A DNA stretch of 64,000 nucleotides from a virus (taxonomy: Duplodnaviria; Caudoviricetes). The position numbers and the translations under genes are program-made. Under the pieces are notes generated by a model. The model made no database searches, was not told the origin of the DNA, and was given only the letters and a program-made list of their open reading frames with translations. The stretch's first letter is position 1, and each line of letters opens with the position of its first letter. The DNA lies in IMG/VR virus record IMGVR_UViG_3300005582_000006, positions 12,247 to 76,246 of that record, one strand, 5' to 3'. Of this stretch, positions 28,516-37,809 are shown piece by piece.

Positions 28516-29278
28516 TACTTATTTTGTCTCTTATTCTTGCCCAATTTTTAGTCCATATATTTTTATCTACTGTGTTAGAAGAATTATATTTTCCTGTTCT
28601 CATGATTACATACTTTTCTGGTATGTGATAACAAACAAATTTTTTAGATATTCTTATCCACCAATCGTAATCTTCTGCTACACGCATTTCTTCGTCAAAA
28701 AGACCAGATTCTTCAATTGCATATTTGGCAACTAAACTATGTGGTGGAATTATACACTCTGACAACAATCTTTCTGAGCAGAATGGTTCTTTATATTGTT
28801 GATGAACTCTATTCTTATCTACATATAAATTTTCATAGTCACAATATACAACGCCAACATAGCCTTGATGTTCAATCATCTTCTTAACTGTTTTCTTTAT
28901 TTTTCCAGAAATGTGCATATCATCTGAATCAATAAATGAAAAAAAGTCTGTTTCATCAAAACAAGACTTTATTCCAATGTTTCTAGCTGCTGATGGGCCT
29001 CTAGATGTATTTGCAGCAATTAATTTTATTTGAAAATTGTAATTTTTATATGTTCCAATTATTCCATCAATTCCATTTTCTGAAAATGGTTTTGGATTAG
29101 TTATTAAATTATATACATTTTGTGCTGAACTATCTGTAGATCCATCATCAATAACAACAATGCTTTTACTATCATACGGATCATTAGCAACACTGTCTAA
29201 ACAGCTTTCTATCCAATGACCATAATTGTAATTTGGTACAACTACAGTTACTCTTGGCTGTTTACTATGCATGGACAT
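28505..29278 (-). CDS. Glycosyltransferase family 2
   Basis: VTVVVPNYNYG, VIDDGSTD, GPSAARNIGI, FIDSDD, AEDYDWW. Confidence 0.9.
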   Translation of the reverse strand: MSMHSKQPRVTVVVPNYNYGHWIESCLDSVANDPYDSKSIVVIDDGSTDSSAQNVYNLITNPKPFSENGIDGIIGTYKNYNFQIKLIAANTSRGPSAARNIGIKSCFDETDFFSFIDSDDMHISGKIKKTVKKMIEHQGYVGVVYCDYENLYVDKNRVHQQYKEPFCSERLLSECIIPPHSLVAKYAIEESGLFDEEMRVAEDYDWWIRISKKFVCYHIPEKYVIMRTGKYNSSNTVDKNIWTKNWARIRDKISNGS

Positions 29279-30069
29279 ATGTCTTCACACTTTTTAATCA
29301 TGGAAGTAAGGTTCTGTGTTGTTGCCACATACTTTATTTTTTCAATAATACTATTTGCTGGTTTTTCAGAATTGTCATCAACAACTGCTTGTTCATTTCC
29401 ACGCAATGCGTTAAATATAAATGATTGAAAAGTAAGCCCATTATTTTCAGAATCAATCGGTTCTAACAACAAAAATCTTTGCATGTTATCATTTAGGGCA
29501 ATGTCAATTTGCTCTACAAATTTATTTGGCACAATAAAATCGGAGGTAAAAACAGACATGTATATGCAATTTGTTTTTTGCATTGCTACATTCATAGAAA
29601 CATCTCCGACATATTCACCATCAACTATATGTCTAATAGACCATTTAAATGTTACTTTTTTATCATTAAGAAGTTTCATTATTTTTGATGGTTGAACTTC
29701 TGGATTAGCACAGAAAATTACTTCGCTAAATTGTTTAGTCTGATTGCAAATACTATCTATAATTCTAATTAAATTGCCTTGATCTTCTTTTATCATAACT
29801 AAACAGCCAACTCTAACTGAAGATCTTTCTCTAGCACTTTCCTTTGCTTCTTCAAATGTTTTTCCTTCTAAAAAAGATGCTGGTCTATATGTCATGCAAG
29901 CATGATTATTGATTACAAAAAATTCCTTTTCATCATCGAATGATTCGTCTACTGCAACGCCATTCTCTTTAAGCTTTTTTATTTTATCAAAAGAACAATC
30001 TGTTTGAGTTTTATCAGAATAAATAGCAAATATACAGTCTTTACATGATGTATGAACAGTTCCTAGCAT
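29248..30069 (-). CDS. Hypothetical protein (N-terminal Cys motif, possible GT-A-like domain)
   Basis: Start at MLGTVHTSCKDC with AGGAG RBS; cluster context. Confidence 0.5.
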   Translation of the reverse strand: MLGTVHTSCKDCIFAIYSDKTQTDCSFDKIKKLKENGVAVDESFDDEKEFFVINNHACMTYRPASFLEGKTFEEAKESARERSSVRVGCLVMIKEDQGNLIRIIDSICNQTKQFSEVIFCANPEVQPSKIMKLLNDKKVTFKWSIRHIVDGEYVGDVSMNVAMQKTNCIYMSVFTSDFIVPNKFVEQIDIALNDNMQRFLLLEPIDSENNGLTFQSFIFNALRGNEQAVVDDNSEKPANSIIEKIKYVATTQNLTSMIKKCEDICPCIVNSQE

Positions 30070-30557
30070 TATTTTCTCCTTGATTCTATATAGCAATAAA
30101 ACGAGTCAAGTTTGACATTCTCTATTATCATATCATTTTCTACAAGTATATTTTTTATAAAAGGTATTGTAATACCAGATTTTTTAAAGTTCCAACTTTC
30201 TTCTTGACCACCATAAATATATTGCGATATATCTTCTTCCTTAATGCTTCCAATTGTTGTCAATCTACATAATTCAATAATATCTTCAAAAAATAAAAAT
30301 AGTTTTCCTTCATGCTTTAATTTTTTGCACCAATGTTTAATAGTGTCTTTTATTTCTAAATGACTTATAAAATTTAAAACTCTTTTGCAGGAAATAGCAT
30401 CTAATTCACCATCATCTGCAATTTTACTTAAATCTTGATAATGACAATATAAAATACTATCAGACGATGTTGGAAATGGGCTTATATATGTAAACTCACT
30501 GTCCTCAACATCTTCTTTAAAGAATGGTATTCCTATATTTATTTTCATAGTTCCCAC
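30069..30557 (-). CDS. Class I SAM-methyltransferase-like protein (degenerate)
   Basis: DGELDAISCKRVLNFI...WCKKLKHEGKL matches the Methyltransf_11 core; canonical GxG motif altered (NIGIP). Confidence 0.55.
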   Translation of the reverse strand: MGTMKINIGIPFFKEDVEDSEFTYISPFPTSSDSILYCHYQDLSKIADDGELDAISCKRVLNFISHLEIKDTIKHWCKKLKHEGKLFLFFEDIIELCRLTTIGSIKEEDISQYIYGGQEESWNFKKSGITIPFIKNILVENDMIIENVKLDSFYCYIESRRK

Positions 30558-31540
30558 CAGTTTTTGGTTACTGCCTTCTGTAAAACTTCATTCCATCTAT
30601 TTGTAAAAGATTCTAGAGAAAAATTTTGAAGTATTGTTTTTCTTGCTTCTTCACCCATTTTTCTGCACAAAGAAGGATCTTCCAAACAATTATTTAAGAA
30701 TAATTTAAGTTCGTTTTCATCGTTTGAAATAAATCCATTTACTCCATTTTTAATTATTTCTGGACACATTCCATTTGCGGTAGTAATAACACAACAACCA
30801 CATGCCATAGCCTCTATTAAAGTAGTTGGCAATGGACTAAATATTGATGTATTCAAAAATATACTAGATCTATTATAACTATTAACTAAATCATCAACAT
30901 CTTTAGCTGGTTCAGAAAGTTCTGGATTGCTGCCGATTACAACTACTGGCATATCTTTTGTTATGTTTTGCCATAATGTAAATCCACATTCATAATCTCT
31001 ATTTTTCCAATCATTAACAACACTTAGAATGTTGTTTTCTCTTTTTATTTTCTTATTGTTAAAAACCTTAGTGTCAACCCCATGATTAATAACTTCATGA
31101 TCCTTATTGAAATCCCAAGATTTTACAGAATATTCAGAAATAAATATGTTTGTATTACCAAATTTTTTCTTCAATGCAGTTCTTGTTTCTGTCATGCATA
31201 CATGTTCTAGACATATTAATGGTATGTGTAAATGTTTAGATATAGTCAAAGCTATATCAAATTGCATAAATTTTTCATGGCTTAGAATGGCATCAAAAAC
31301 AAGATAATTTGGAATATCGGATATTTTTTTTATATTATTTAATAACTTATGGTTTTTTGGTACTTCTGCATATTGAGAATTCCAAGCTTTAATTTTTGGA
31401 TTGTTTATAACCCAAAAATCAGCATTGATATCAGCCATATTAGACTGATATCTTTCATGCGTTGAAAATGTAAGTATCTTAAGTCTATCTCCACTTTTTC
31501 TAGTGGATGACCTTACTATATTACTTAATGCGGGATGCAT
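30545..31540 (-). CDS. Glycosyltransferase family 4 (GT-B)
   Basis: VINHGVDTKVF, YNRSSIFLNTS, LIEAMACGCCVI. Confidence 0.9.
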   Translation of the reverse strand: MHPALSNIVRSSTRKSGDRLKILTFSTHERYQSNMADINADFWVINNPKIKAWNSQYAEVPKNHKLLNNIKKISDIPNYLVFDAILSHEKFMQFDIALTISKHLHIPLICLEHVCMTETRTALKKKFGNTNIFISEYSVKSWDFNKDHEVINHGVDTKVFNNKKIKRENNILSVVNDWKNRDYECGFTLWQNITKDMPVVVIGSNPELSEPAKDVDDLVNSYNRSSIFLNTSIFSPLPTTLIEAMACGCCVITTANGMCPEIIKNGVNGFISNDENELKLFLNNCLEDPSLCRKMGEEARKTILQNFSLESFTNRWNEVLQKAVTKNWWEL

Positions 31541-32275
31541 CTATTCCCCTAACTGCTCAACGATATATTTAATAAGCCCATGCCTTTGTATATCATCGCC
31601 AGTAAGGAACACTTTAGCAATATCTTTATGATTAAGTTTTTCTAAAATCCACCCCATAGTGTTTCCTTCGTAATGAGGCAAGTCTGTTTGTGTATGATCA
31701 CCACAAACGATAACTTTTGCATTTTGACCAAATCTAGTTAAAAACATTTTTAATTGCCTTCTTGTGGCATTTTGTGCTTCATCTAAAATAATCATAGAAT
31801 CATGAAATGTTCTGCCTCTCATTAATTCAAGAGGGCATATTTCTAATATCTGATCATTTCTAATTGCCTTCATTTTTGTTTTTGTGACAAAATTACCAAT
31901 TGCTTCAAGCATGGCAACCATAAAAGGCTCAGTCTTTTCCTTAAGATCGCCTGGAAAAGCACCAATCTTTTGTCCACATTCAATTAATGGTCTAGCTATA
32001 ATAATTTTTTCTATTTTTTTTTGCATCAATAATCCAGCAGCAACACCACAAGCTATAAATGTTTTCCCTGCACCAGCAGGACCAGAACATATTGTAAGCG
32101 TGTGTTTTTCAATTGCTTCTATATAGATATCTTGATTTTTTGTTTTACCTTTTATTTGATTCGTCTTTTCTTCTTCAACTGATTTATCCCTTTCTTCCTT
32201 CCAAGAAACCTCTGTAGGTTCTTCTTTATAGTTTGCAATGTCTACCCAAGTTTGTTTTTTCTTTTTTGGAGGCAT
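31541..32275 (-). CDS. phoH: PhoH-family ATPase
   Basis: GPAGAGKT Walker A, MRGRTF, ILDEAQN, MFLTRFG, GDHTQTD. Confidence 0.95.
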   Translation of the reverse strand: MPPKKKKQTWVDIANYKEEPTEVSWKEERDKSVEEEKTNQIKGKTKNQDIYIEAIEKHTLTICSGPAGAGKTFIACGVAAGLLMQKKIEKIIIARPLIECGQKIGAFPGDLKEKTEPFMVAMLEAIGNFVTKTKMKAIRNDQILEICPLELMRGRTFHDSMIILDEAQNATRRQLKMFLTRFGQNAKVIVCGDHTQTDLPHYEGNTMGWILEKLNHKDIAKVFLTGDDIQRHGLIKYIVEQLGE

Positions 32276-33365
32276 GTTTAATCACCTTTAAAAATTTTAA
32301 ACCCACTTTTTCGTGGGAGAATTCGTAGGCACGATCTAAAGCAAAAGTAGCCTTAGACTTTCTAATGTCCTCCATCGAATAACAATCTCTCATCTTCCTT
32401 CTTAGGTCATGAATATCAATTGACCACCAATATTCAGATCCATCGTAAATGCCATTAACAATCCTCTCTTGACCAAAAATAAATTCCTTATGGCAATCAA
32501 CCAACCAACCAACATTGTCATTCAAATAGTCTTTGTAGCCAGAGCAATTAGTTACAATAGGTGTCTTTCCAAAACCCATTGCATCGAATGCTGGTATGCT
32601 CCAAGCTTCACCATAAGATGCTTGCACAAAAGCATCACATGAATTGTGTAGTTTGTATATTGCGTTATTTGACAGTCTTTCTTTTATGCAAAATACTCTA
32701 GGGGGTCTTCTTACATTAAGTCCAGATGAAATAGAATTACAATATTTAGCAAAATCTTCTTTGTCCTCATGATTTGTTTTTACTATTAAGCAAACATTTT
32801 CATCTCTTGAAAACTCTAAAAAATAAGCTTTTAATAATGCTGATAAGTTTTTCCTTCTTTTTTGTTCTCCGATAGTATAAAAAATAAAATCATTTTTAAA
32901 TGTATTATCTTCAACTTGTTTTAGCTTTTCAAATTTTTCAGTATAAATAGAAAAATCTCTAGCATGAGGAACAACATATATCGGAACTTTTACACCACTA
33001 TCTCTGCACGATTCAATCATTTGATTATTTATGACAATACAACAATCCATGTTGTTTAAATGATTTTGCCATCCAGCCATTCTAAATGAAGATGTTTCAT
33101 GAGCAAAAAGTGATATGTTTAAATCAAAACTTGAATCATATTGAACATGCGTTGGAAGAGTATGTTGAATAACAACATTGCAATTATCTGCTGATCTTTT
33201 TTCTAACTCTTCGACTCTTTTATGTGGAGTGTGATTTAAATCATTAAACTTTAGTGGCCTACAAACAACATTTACGCCAACTGAATCTAAAGATAATATA
33301 TAATCTTCAGCAGCTTGACCATATCCAGTTCCATCTCTGTAATTTCCTATGTAAAGAACTTTCAT
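32226..33365 (-). CDS. Glycosyltransferase family 4 (GT-B)
   Basis: GTGYGQAA, RRKNLSALLKAY, SYGEAWSIPAFDAMGFGKTPI. Confidence 0.9.
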   Translation of the reverse strand: MKVLYIGNYRDGTGYGQAAEDYILSLDSVGVNVVCRPLKFNDLNHTPHKRVEELEKRSADNCNVVIQHTLPTHVQYDSSFDLNISLFAHETSSFRMAGWQNHLNNMDCCIVINNQMIESCRDSGVKVPIYVVPHARDFSIYTEKFEKLKQVEDNTFKNDFIFYTIGEQKRRKNLSALLKAYFLEFSRDENVCLIVKTNHEDKEDFAKYCNSISSGLNVRRPPRVFCIKERLSNNAIYKLHNSCDAFVQASYGEAWSIPAFDAMGFGKTPIVTNCSGYKDYLNDNVGWLVDCHKEFIFGQERIVNGIYDGSEYWWSIDIHDLRRKMRDCYSMEDIRKSKATFALDRAYEFSHEKVGLKFLKVIKHASKKEKTNLGRHCKL

Positions 33366-33366
33366 T

Positions 33367-34866
33367 TTAGTTCCTTATAGATTCATAGTGATTGTATTTA
33401 GATATTATTTTTTCTACTTCTTTATATATATCTTCTTTAGAAGACATATTGTAATTTATTTTTTTCAATAACCTTGAAAACAAAAGAGAAAAATCATCAT
33501 TAAAACACTTCAATAATTCTTTTAAAAATTCTACATTGTTATCAAAAGATATTTCTGAAGGTATGCTCATGTACTTTTTTGGTTCATTCCATGTATTAGA
33601 GCTTGGTATAGATAAAAAGTGATTTTTTAACTTTTCTGAAACAGCATCATAACTATACTTTTCTTTTGCCAAATTTAATGTTTTATTAGACTTAAACTTT
33701 CTTACTGACTCTGGCTGTTTAAAATATTTAATACAAATATCTACAAAATTTTGATTGTCTGGAAGTGCAAATTTTCTATGTGTTTCAACTTCATAATGCA
33801 TTCTTTGTACTTTTATTGGAAAACCATCTAGTTTTCTAACTATATCGTACATAGCACTATAGTCTGTGGCACAAATAGGAACCCCACAAGAAGCTGCTTC
33901 TACTAATGGCATCCCAAATCCTTCTGCACAAGAGTATTGAACATATAGATCCATTAGATTATACACCATTGCCATAGAGTCTCTTTTTGCACCAGAACTT
34001 GTGTTTGGAAACAAAGAAGATATTTTTTTACAATAATTGCATTCTATAATTGCACCATTAAAATTTGATATAGATATGTTAAAACAACCTCTACAACTGT
34101 AGGTAAAAAACAGTTTTTTTGATATTTTTGGTCTTTCAGCTATTAACTTTGGTATATCCCAACCAACATCTGGATAAGTAGTGTGCATATATAGAATTAA
34201 TTTTGAAGATATTTCTTTTGGTGCTTGATCCAACAGCATTTCAAATGCATCAAAAAGATCTGGAATCAACTTTCTTTTTTGATTTCTCATGACAGAACCT
34301 ATTATTAAGCAATCTGGATCTAAACCATGAGACTTTTTAAATTCTTTTTTGTCTTTAATCATGGTAAATACTTCATCTGCTGCTGGAGAAGCAGAAGAGA
34401 TTAAATTTAGATTTGGATAATTTTCCTTAAGTATGTCTAAAGCCCAATCTGAATATGTAAATATAGAGTTCGCTTTAGTTAAAGTGTATATCCACTCTGG
34501 ATCTAATGGAATAGAATCAATGGTTGGCATATAAGCCCAATGGAAATGTCTCTTGTAGGGTGAATCGCCAATAAAGTCATCAACCCAAGGATCTCTAAAA
34601 GACCACACTACATCTGGTTTGAATTCTAAAAGAACATCTTCAAAAATTGAAGAACCAAATCTTCCATTGTTTTTATTTTCATCTGGATAGTATATTTTCC
34701 AAGGTGGTTTTGAAACTGATGAATGATCTTTGCCAAAGCATCCTATTTCTGCCAATTCAAATTCTCCTGTTTGATAAAGCCTGTTCATAATCTGACAACC
34801 ATAGTTGGCATATCCAGAGTTTATAAAAGTTGCTTCACCGCACAGGAGTATTCGTTTTTTTGACAT
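33367..34866 (-). CDS. Glycosyltransferase family 4 (GT-B) with a Cys-rich insertion
   Basis: SGYANYG, MRNQKRKLIP, EGFGMPLVEAASCGVP; inserted CxxC...CxxC. Confidence 0.9.
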   Translation of the reverse strand: MSKKRILLCGEATFINSGYANYGCQIMNRLYQTGEFELAEIGCFGKDHSSVSKPPWKIYYPDENKNNGRFGSSIFEDVLLEFKPDVVWSFRDPWVDDFIGDSPYKRHFHWAYMPTIDSIPLDPEWIYTLTKANSIFTYSDWALDILKENYPNLNLISSASPAADEVFTMIKDKKEFKKSHGLDPDCLIIGSVMRNQKRKLIPDLFDAFEMLLDQAPKEISSKLILYMHTTYPDVGWDIPKLIAERPKISKKLFFTYSCRGCFNISISNFNGAIIECNYCKKISSLFPNTSSGAKRDSMAMVYNLMDLYVQYSCAEGFGMPLVEAASCGVPICATDYSAMYDIVRKLDGFPIKVQRMHYEVETHRKFALPDNQNFVDICIKYFKQPESVRKFKSNKTLNLAKEKYSYDAVSEKLKNHFLSIPSSNTWNEPKKYMSIPSEISFDNNVEFLKELLKCFNDDFSLLFSRLLKKINYNMSSKEDIYKEVEKIISKYNHYESIRN

Positions 34867-34874
34867 TTTAATTC

Positions 34875-35261
34875 CTATAGTATTTGATTGCCAAAATCTT
34901 CTTCTTCTGCAAATACTTCTGAATGTTGTTCTTCTTCATCGTTTGCTTTCTGATCTACATACCAAAATTTTTGGACTATAAATTTAATTTTATGTCTGTT
35001 TTTACCATTTTCTTTATCTACCCAACTTTCTGTTTTAGCAGAAGTATGCACTAAAATTCTAGAACCTTTTTTAAAATACTTCCCAATCAAATCAGCAGTT
35101 TTTTCCCAAGCAACACAATCAATAAAAGTCATTTCTGGTTTTTCTTGATTCTTAGATGGATTTCTAACCGAAATACAAAAGTTAACAACGGATTTACCAT
35201 TGTTTAATTTTATAAGTTCTGGTTCTCTAGTCAGCTTACCAAGAAAGGAACAAATATTCAT
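34875..35261 (-). CDS. ssb: Single-stranded DNA-binding protein
   Basis: LGKLTREPEL, FIDCVAWEKTADLIGKYFKKGSRI, acidic C-terminal tail. Confidence 0.9.
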   Translation of the reverse strand: MNICSFLGKLTREPELIKLNNGKSVVNFCISVRNPSKNQEKPEMTFIDCVAWEKTADLIGKYFKKGSRILVHTSAKTESWVDKENGKNRHKIKFIVQKFWYVDQKANDEEEQHSEVFAEEEDFGNQIL

Positions 35262-35269
35262 TCTATCTC

Positions 35270-36895
35270 CTAAATTTGAACAACAGTTTTAACTAAAAGA
35301 GAGTCACTTTTTTTGTCTCGTTCACCTTGAATCAAGACTGTATTACCCTCTTTTAACAAAGAAGCAAAATCTTTGTACGAGTTTGGAAAACAAATGACAT
35401 CATCTATTTTTCCAGTAGCATCAGATATTGATAAAAATGCCATTCTAGATCCTGGTGTTTTTCCAGCCTTTGTAAGCACTTCTTTAGACCTTCTTACTTC
35501 AACACCAAAGACCATATAGCCATTCTTTCCATCTAAGTATTCTTTGCATGTAGTGTTAGAACTACTTGTATCGCAAGAGTCTGTAGCATTATATGTTAAA
35601 GAAATTCCCAAAGAATCCTTTTCAATCCAACACACCCAACTTGGAATATCTATCAAAGGAGAAGGGGGATTTTTAATCATAGAGGCTATACTTTTTAAAA
35701 CCTCAACTCTTTTGACTGAGGAACAACAACCGCCTTCTTTTTTTGTCTTTGCTGAGTTTAAAATCATATCTGGTATATTGGTGATTTCAACATTAGCTTT
35801 TATCCATTCCTTTTCTTTGTCTGTTAATTCAGACCAAGCATTAAATTCAGCAAGCAGAACCTTTCTTTTGCTGCCAAATTTTCTTAGGGCGTTAACAGCA
35901 ATTAGTTTTTCAATACTTGATTTTGGCATTTCATCAGAACATTTAACCACAAATTCTTCCCAAGAATCTATACTTTTGCCGTAATTATTTATGGCTAATT
36001 TAATTTTTTCAAATTGTGATTGTCCAATTCCTTTTACATCAGTAATACCAAACCAAATTGATATTCCATCAGTATAAAAATTACTGTTTAACATCATTAA
36101 ATCTGGAGATTGAACAGTTATATTAAATTTTTTTGCATCTTCAATTAAGTCAGATATTTCAAGCTGACTATCTGCTTTGTCTTTTGCAAAATAAAGCCAG
36201 CTAGTAAAGAATTGAACTGGAAAATGGCTCTTTAAATATGCCGTATCATATCCAATTAGACCATAACAACAACTGTGACTGCGATTAAACGAGTATTTTT
36301 GACTCTGTTCAATCCATCCAAATATTTCTTCAGCTTGATCTTCTGAGACTACTTCTATCTTTTTAGCACCCTCAATAAACATCGTCTTACATTTTGCCAT
36401 TTCGCTAGATGATTTCTTTCCCATTGCCTTACGAAGCATGTCTGCTTCTTGCAAAGTAAATCCAGCGATAACTCTAGAAAGTTCCATTGCCTGTTCTTGA
36501 AAAACAAGTGATCCATAAGTTGATTTGAGTGCTTCATCAACAATAGGATGATAGGATGAAACCTGTTCTTCTCCATTTACAATACGGCAATAATGTGCAG
36601 TCATACTAACGCCCTTATCATCCACAGAACGCAAAGCTCCTGGCCTAATAAGAGCACCTAAAGCAGTTAAATGATCAACAGTTTTTGGCCTTAGTTTCTT
36701 AGACCATTGTTTTCCAAGATCTGATTCTAACTGAAAAATTCCTTTTGTATCGCCCCTAGAGAATATATCCCAAGCAATATCGCAAGAAGGAAGATTGGTT
36801 GGATCTACTTCCATTAGAGGCAAAGAATCTTTGGTTAAAGGATCTCCAATTATTGGAAAACTACAACCACATGAAAATTTGTATGTTTTTGTCAT
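35270..36895 (-). CDS. dnaE: DNA polymerase III alpha subunit, C-terminal part (fingers, HhH, OB)
   Basis: GDTKGIFQLES, TYGSLVFQEQAM, ADMLRKAMGKK, YSFNRSHS, GITDVKGIG, OB fold. Confidence 0.9.
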   Translation of the reverse strand: MTKTYKFSCGCSFPIIGDPLTKDSLPLMEVDPTNLPSCDIAWDIFSRGDTKGIFQLESDLGKQWSKKLRPKTVDHLTALGALIRPGALRSVDDKGVSMTAHYCRIVNGEEQVSSYHPIVDEALKSTYGSLVFQEQAMELSRVIAGFTLQEADMLRKAMGKKSSSEMAKCKTMFIEGAKKIEVVSEDQAEEIFGWIEQSQKYSFNRSHSCCYGLIGYDTAYLKSHFPVQFFTSWLYFAKDKADSQLEISDLIEDAKKFNITVQSPDLMMLNSNFYTDGISIWFGITDVKGIGQSQFEKIKLAINNYGKSIDSWEEFVVKCSDEMPKSSIEKLIAVNALRKFGSKRKVLLAEFNAWSELTDKEKEWIKANVEITNIPDMILNSAKTKKEGGCCSSVKRVEVLKSIASMIKNPPSPLIDIPSWVCWIEKDSLGISLTYNATDSCDTSSSNTTCKEYLDGKNGYMVFGVEVRRSKEVLTKAGKTPGSRMAFLSISDATGKIDDVICFPNSYKDFASLLKEGNTVLIQGERDKKSDSLLVKTVVQI

Positions 36896-36899
36896 ATTA

Positions 36900-37538
36900 T
36901 TATTTCTTAAATGAGTCTTTAAATTTAACTTTTGGGTATATTGATCTATGCAATTTTAAGAAGTATGTGATCAAGTCTGCTGTTTGCTCAACATCAACTA
37001 GTGCATCATGAGCATTAGCCTTTGACATTCCAAAATGATCTCTAATAGTATCCATTTTCATATTAGGCATATCATCTGAATTTTCAAACCAAAGCAACAT
37101 CATTTCATCTAGATCAAACATGCTTCTTTTATTAAAGAAAGATTGCGTGGCATTTGGCTGAACATATCCTAATTCAACACAAACCCTTTGAAAAATTGGC
37201 ATATCAAAAAATCTAATGTTTTTTCCTGCTGGAACAGGGGCTAATATATTGCTTTTGCCAACTGCAAAAGTAGATATAAAATCAATAAATCTACTCCAAA
37301 CAACATCAAGATTAGGTGCAAGCTGAAGCTCTTCTCTTGTCTTTTTGTTTACTGCTAGTGCTGCTTCTTGTAAATTTCCAAAGTCTCTAGGCTTTACAAG
37401 ACTGTTAAAAACTGCACCTTCTATTGGTTGAAGAGTTTTTCTATTTATTGCCTTTGCAGCAATTTGAATAACTTCACAAGTATTTGTATCTAAAGATCCT
37501 GTTTCAAAATCAAAAACAATAATCGTATTACTCTTCAT
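36900..37538 (-). CDS. DEDDh 3'-5' exonuclease (DnaQ/epsilon-like)
   Basis: VFDFETGS, GKNIRFFD, AHDALVDV. Confidence 0.9.
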   Translation of the reverse strand: MKSNTIIVFDFETGSLDTNTCEVIQIAAKAINRKTLQPIEGAVFNSLVKPRDFGNLQEAALAVNKKTREELQLAPNLDVVWSRFIDFISTFAVGKSNILAPVPAGKNIRFFDMPIFQRVCVELGYVQPNATQSFFNKRSMFDLDEMMLLWFENSDDMPNMKMDTIRDHFGMSKANAHDALVDVEQTADLITYFLKLHRSIYPKVKFKDSFKK

Positions 37539-37809
37539 CGTCTTCTTCTCCTTTAATAGTTAGTTCTATTGATCCATCATCATTTTGCTGTATTTTAAGT
37601 TCGACTTCCGCATCTTCTGCTGAATCTAAAAAATCCTTATCTATAAGTAACATACCTCCATTTTGAATTGTTATTGCCTTTAATAGTTTATTAGCCTGTT
37701 TAACAAGATCTTTCTTTAACGAAGAGCAATCAGACAAGGCATCTAGCAACGCTGTTTGCTGCACTACCAGTTTGCTTATTATAGATATTTCAAGAGAATT
37801 ATCATTCAT
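37528..37809 (-). CDS. Hypothetical protein (93 aa)
   Basis: ORF overlapping both neighbours; acidic tail. Confidence 0.6.
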   Translation of the reverse strand: MNDNSLEISIISKLVVQQTALLDALSDCSSLKKDLVKQANKLLKAITIQNGGMLLIDKDFLDSAEDAEVELKIQQNDDGSIELTIKGEEDDEE

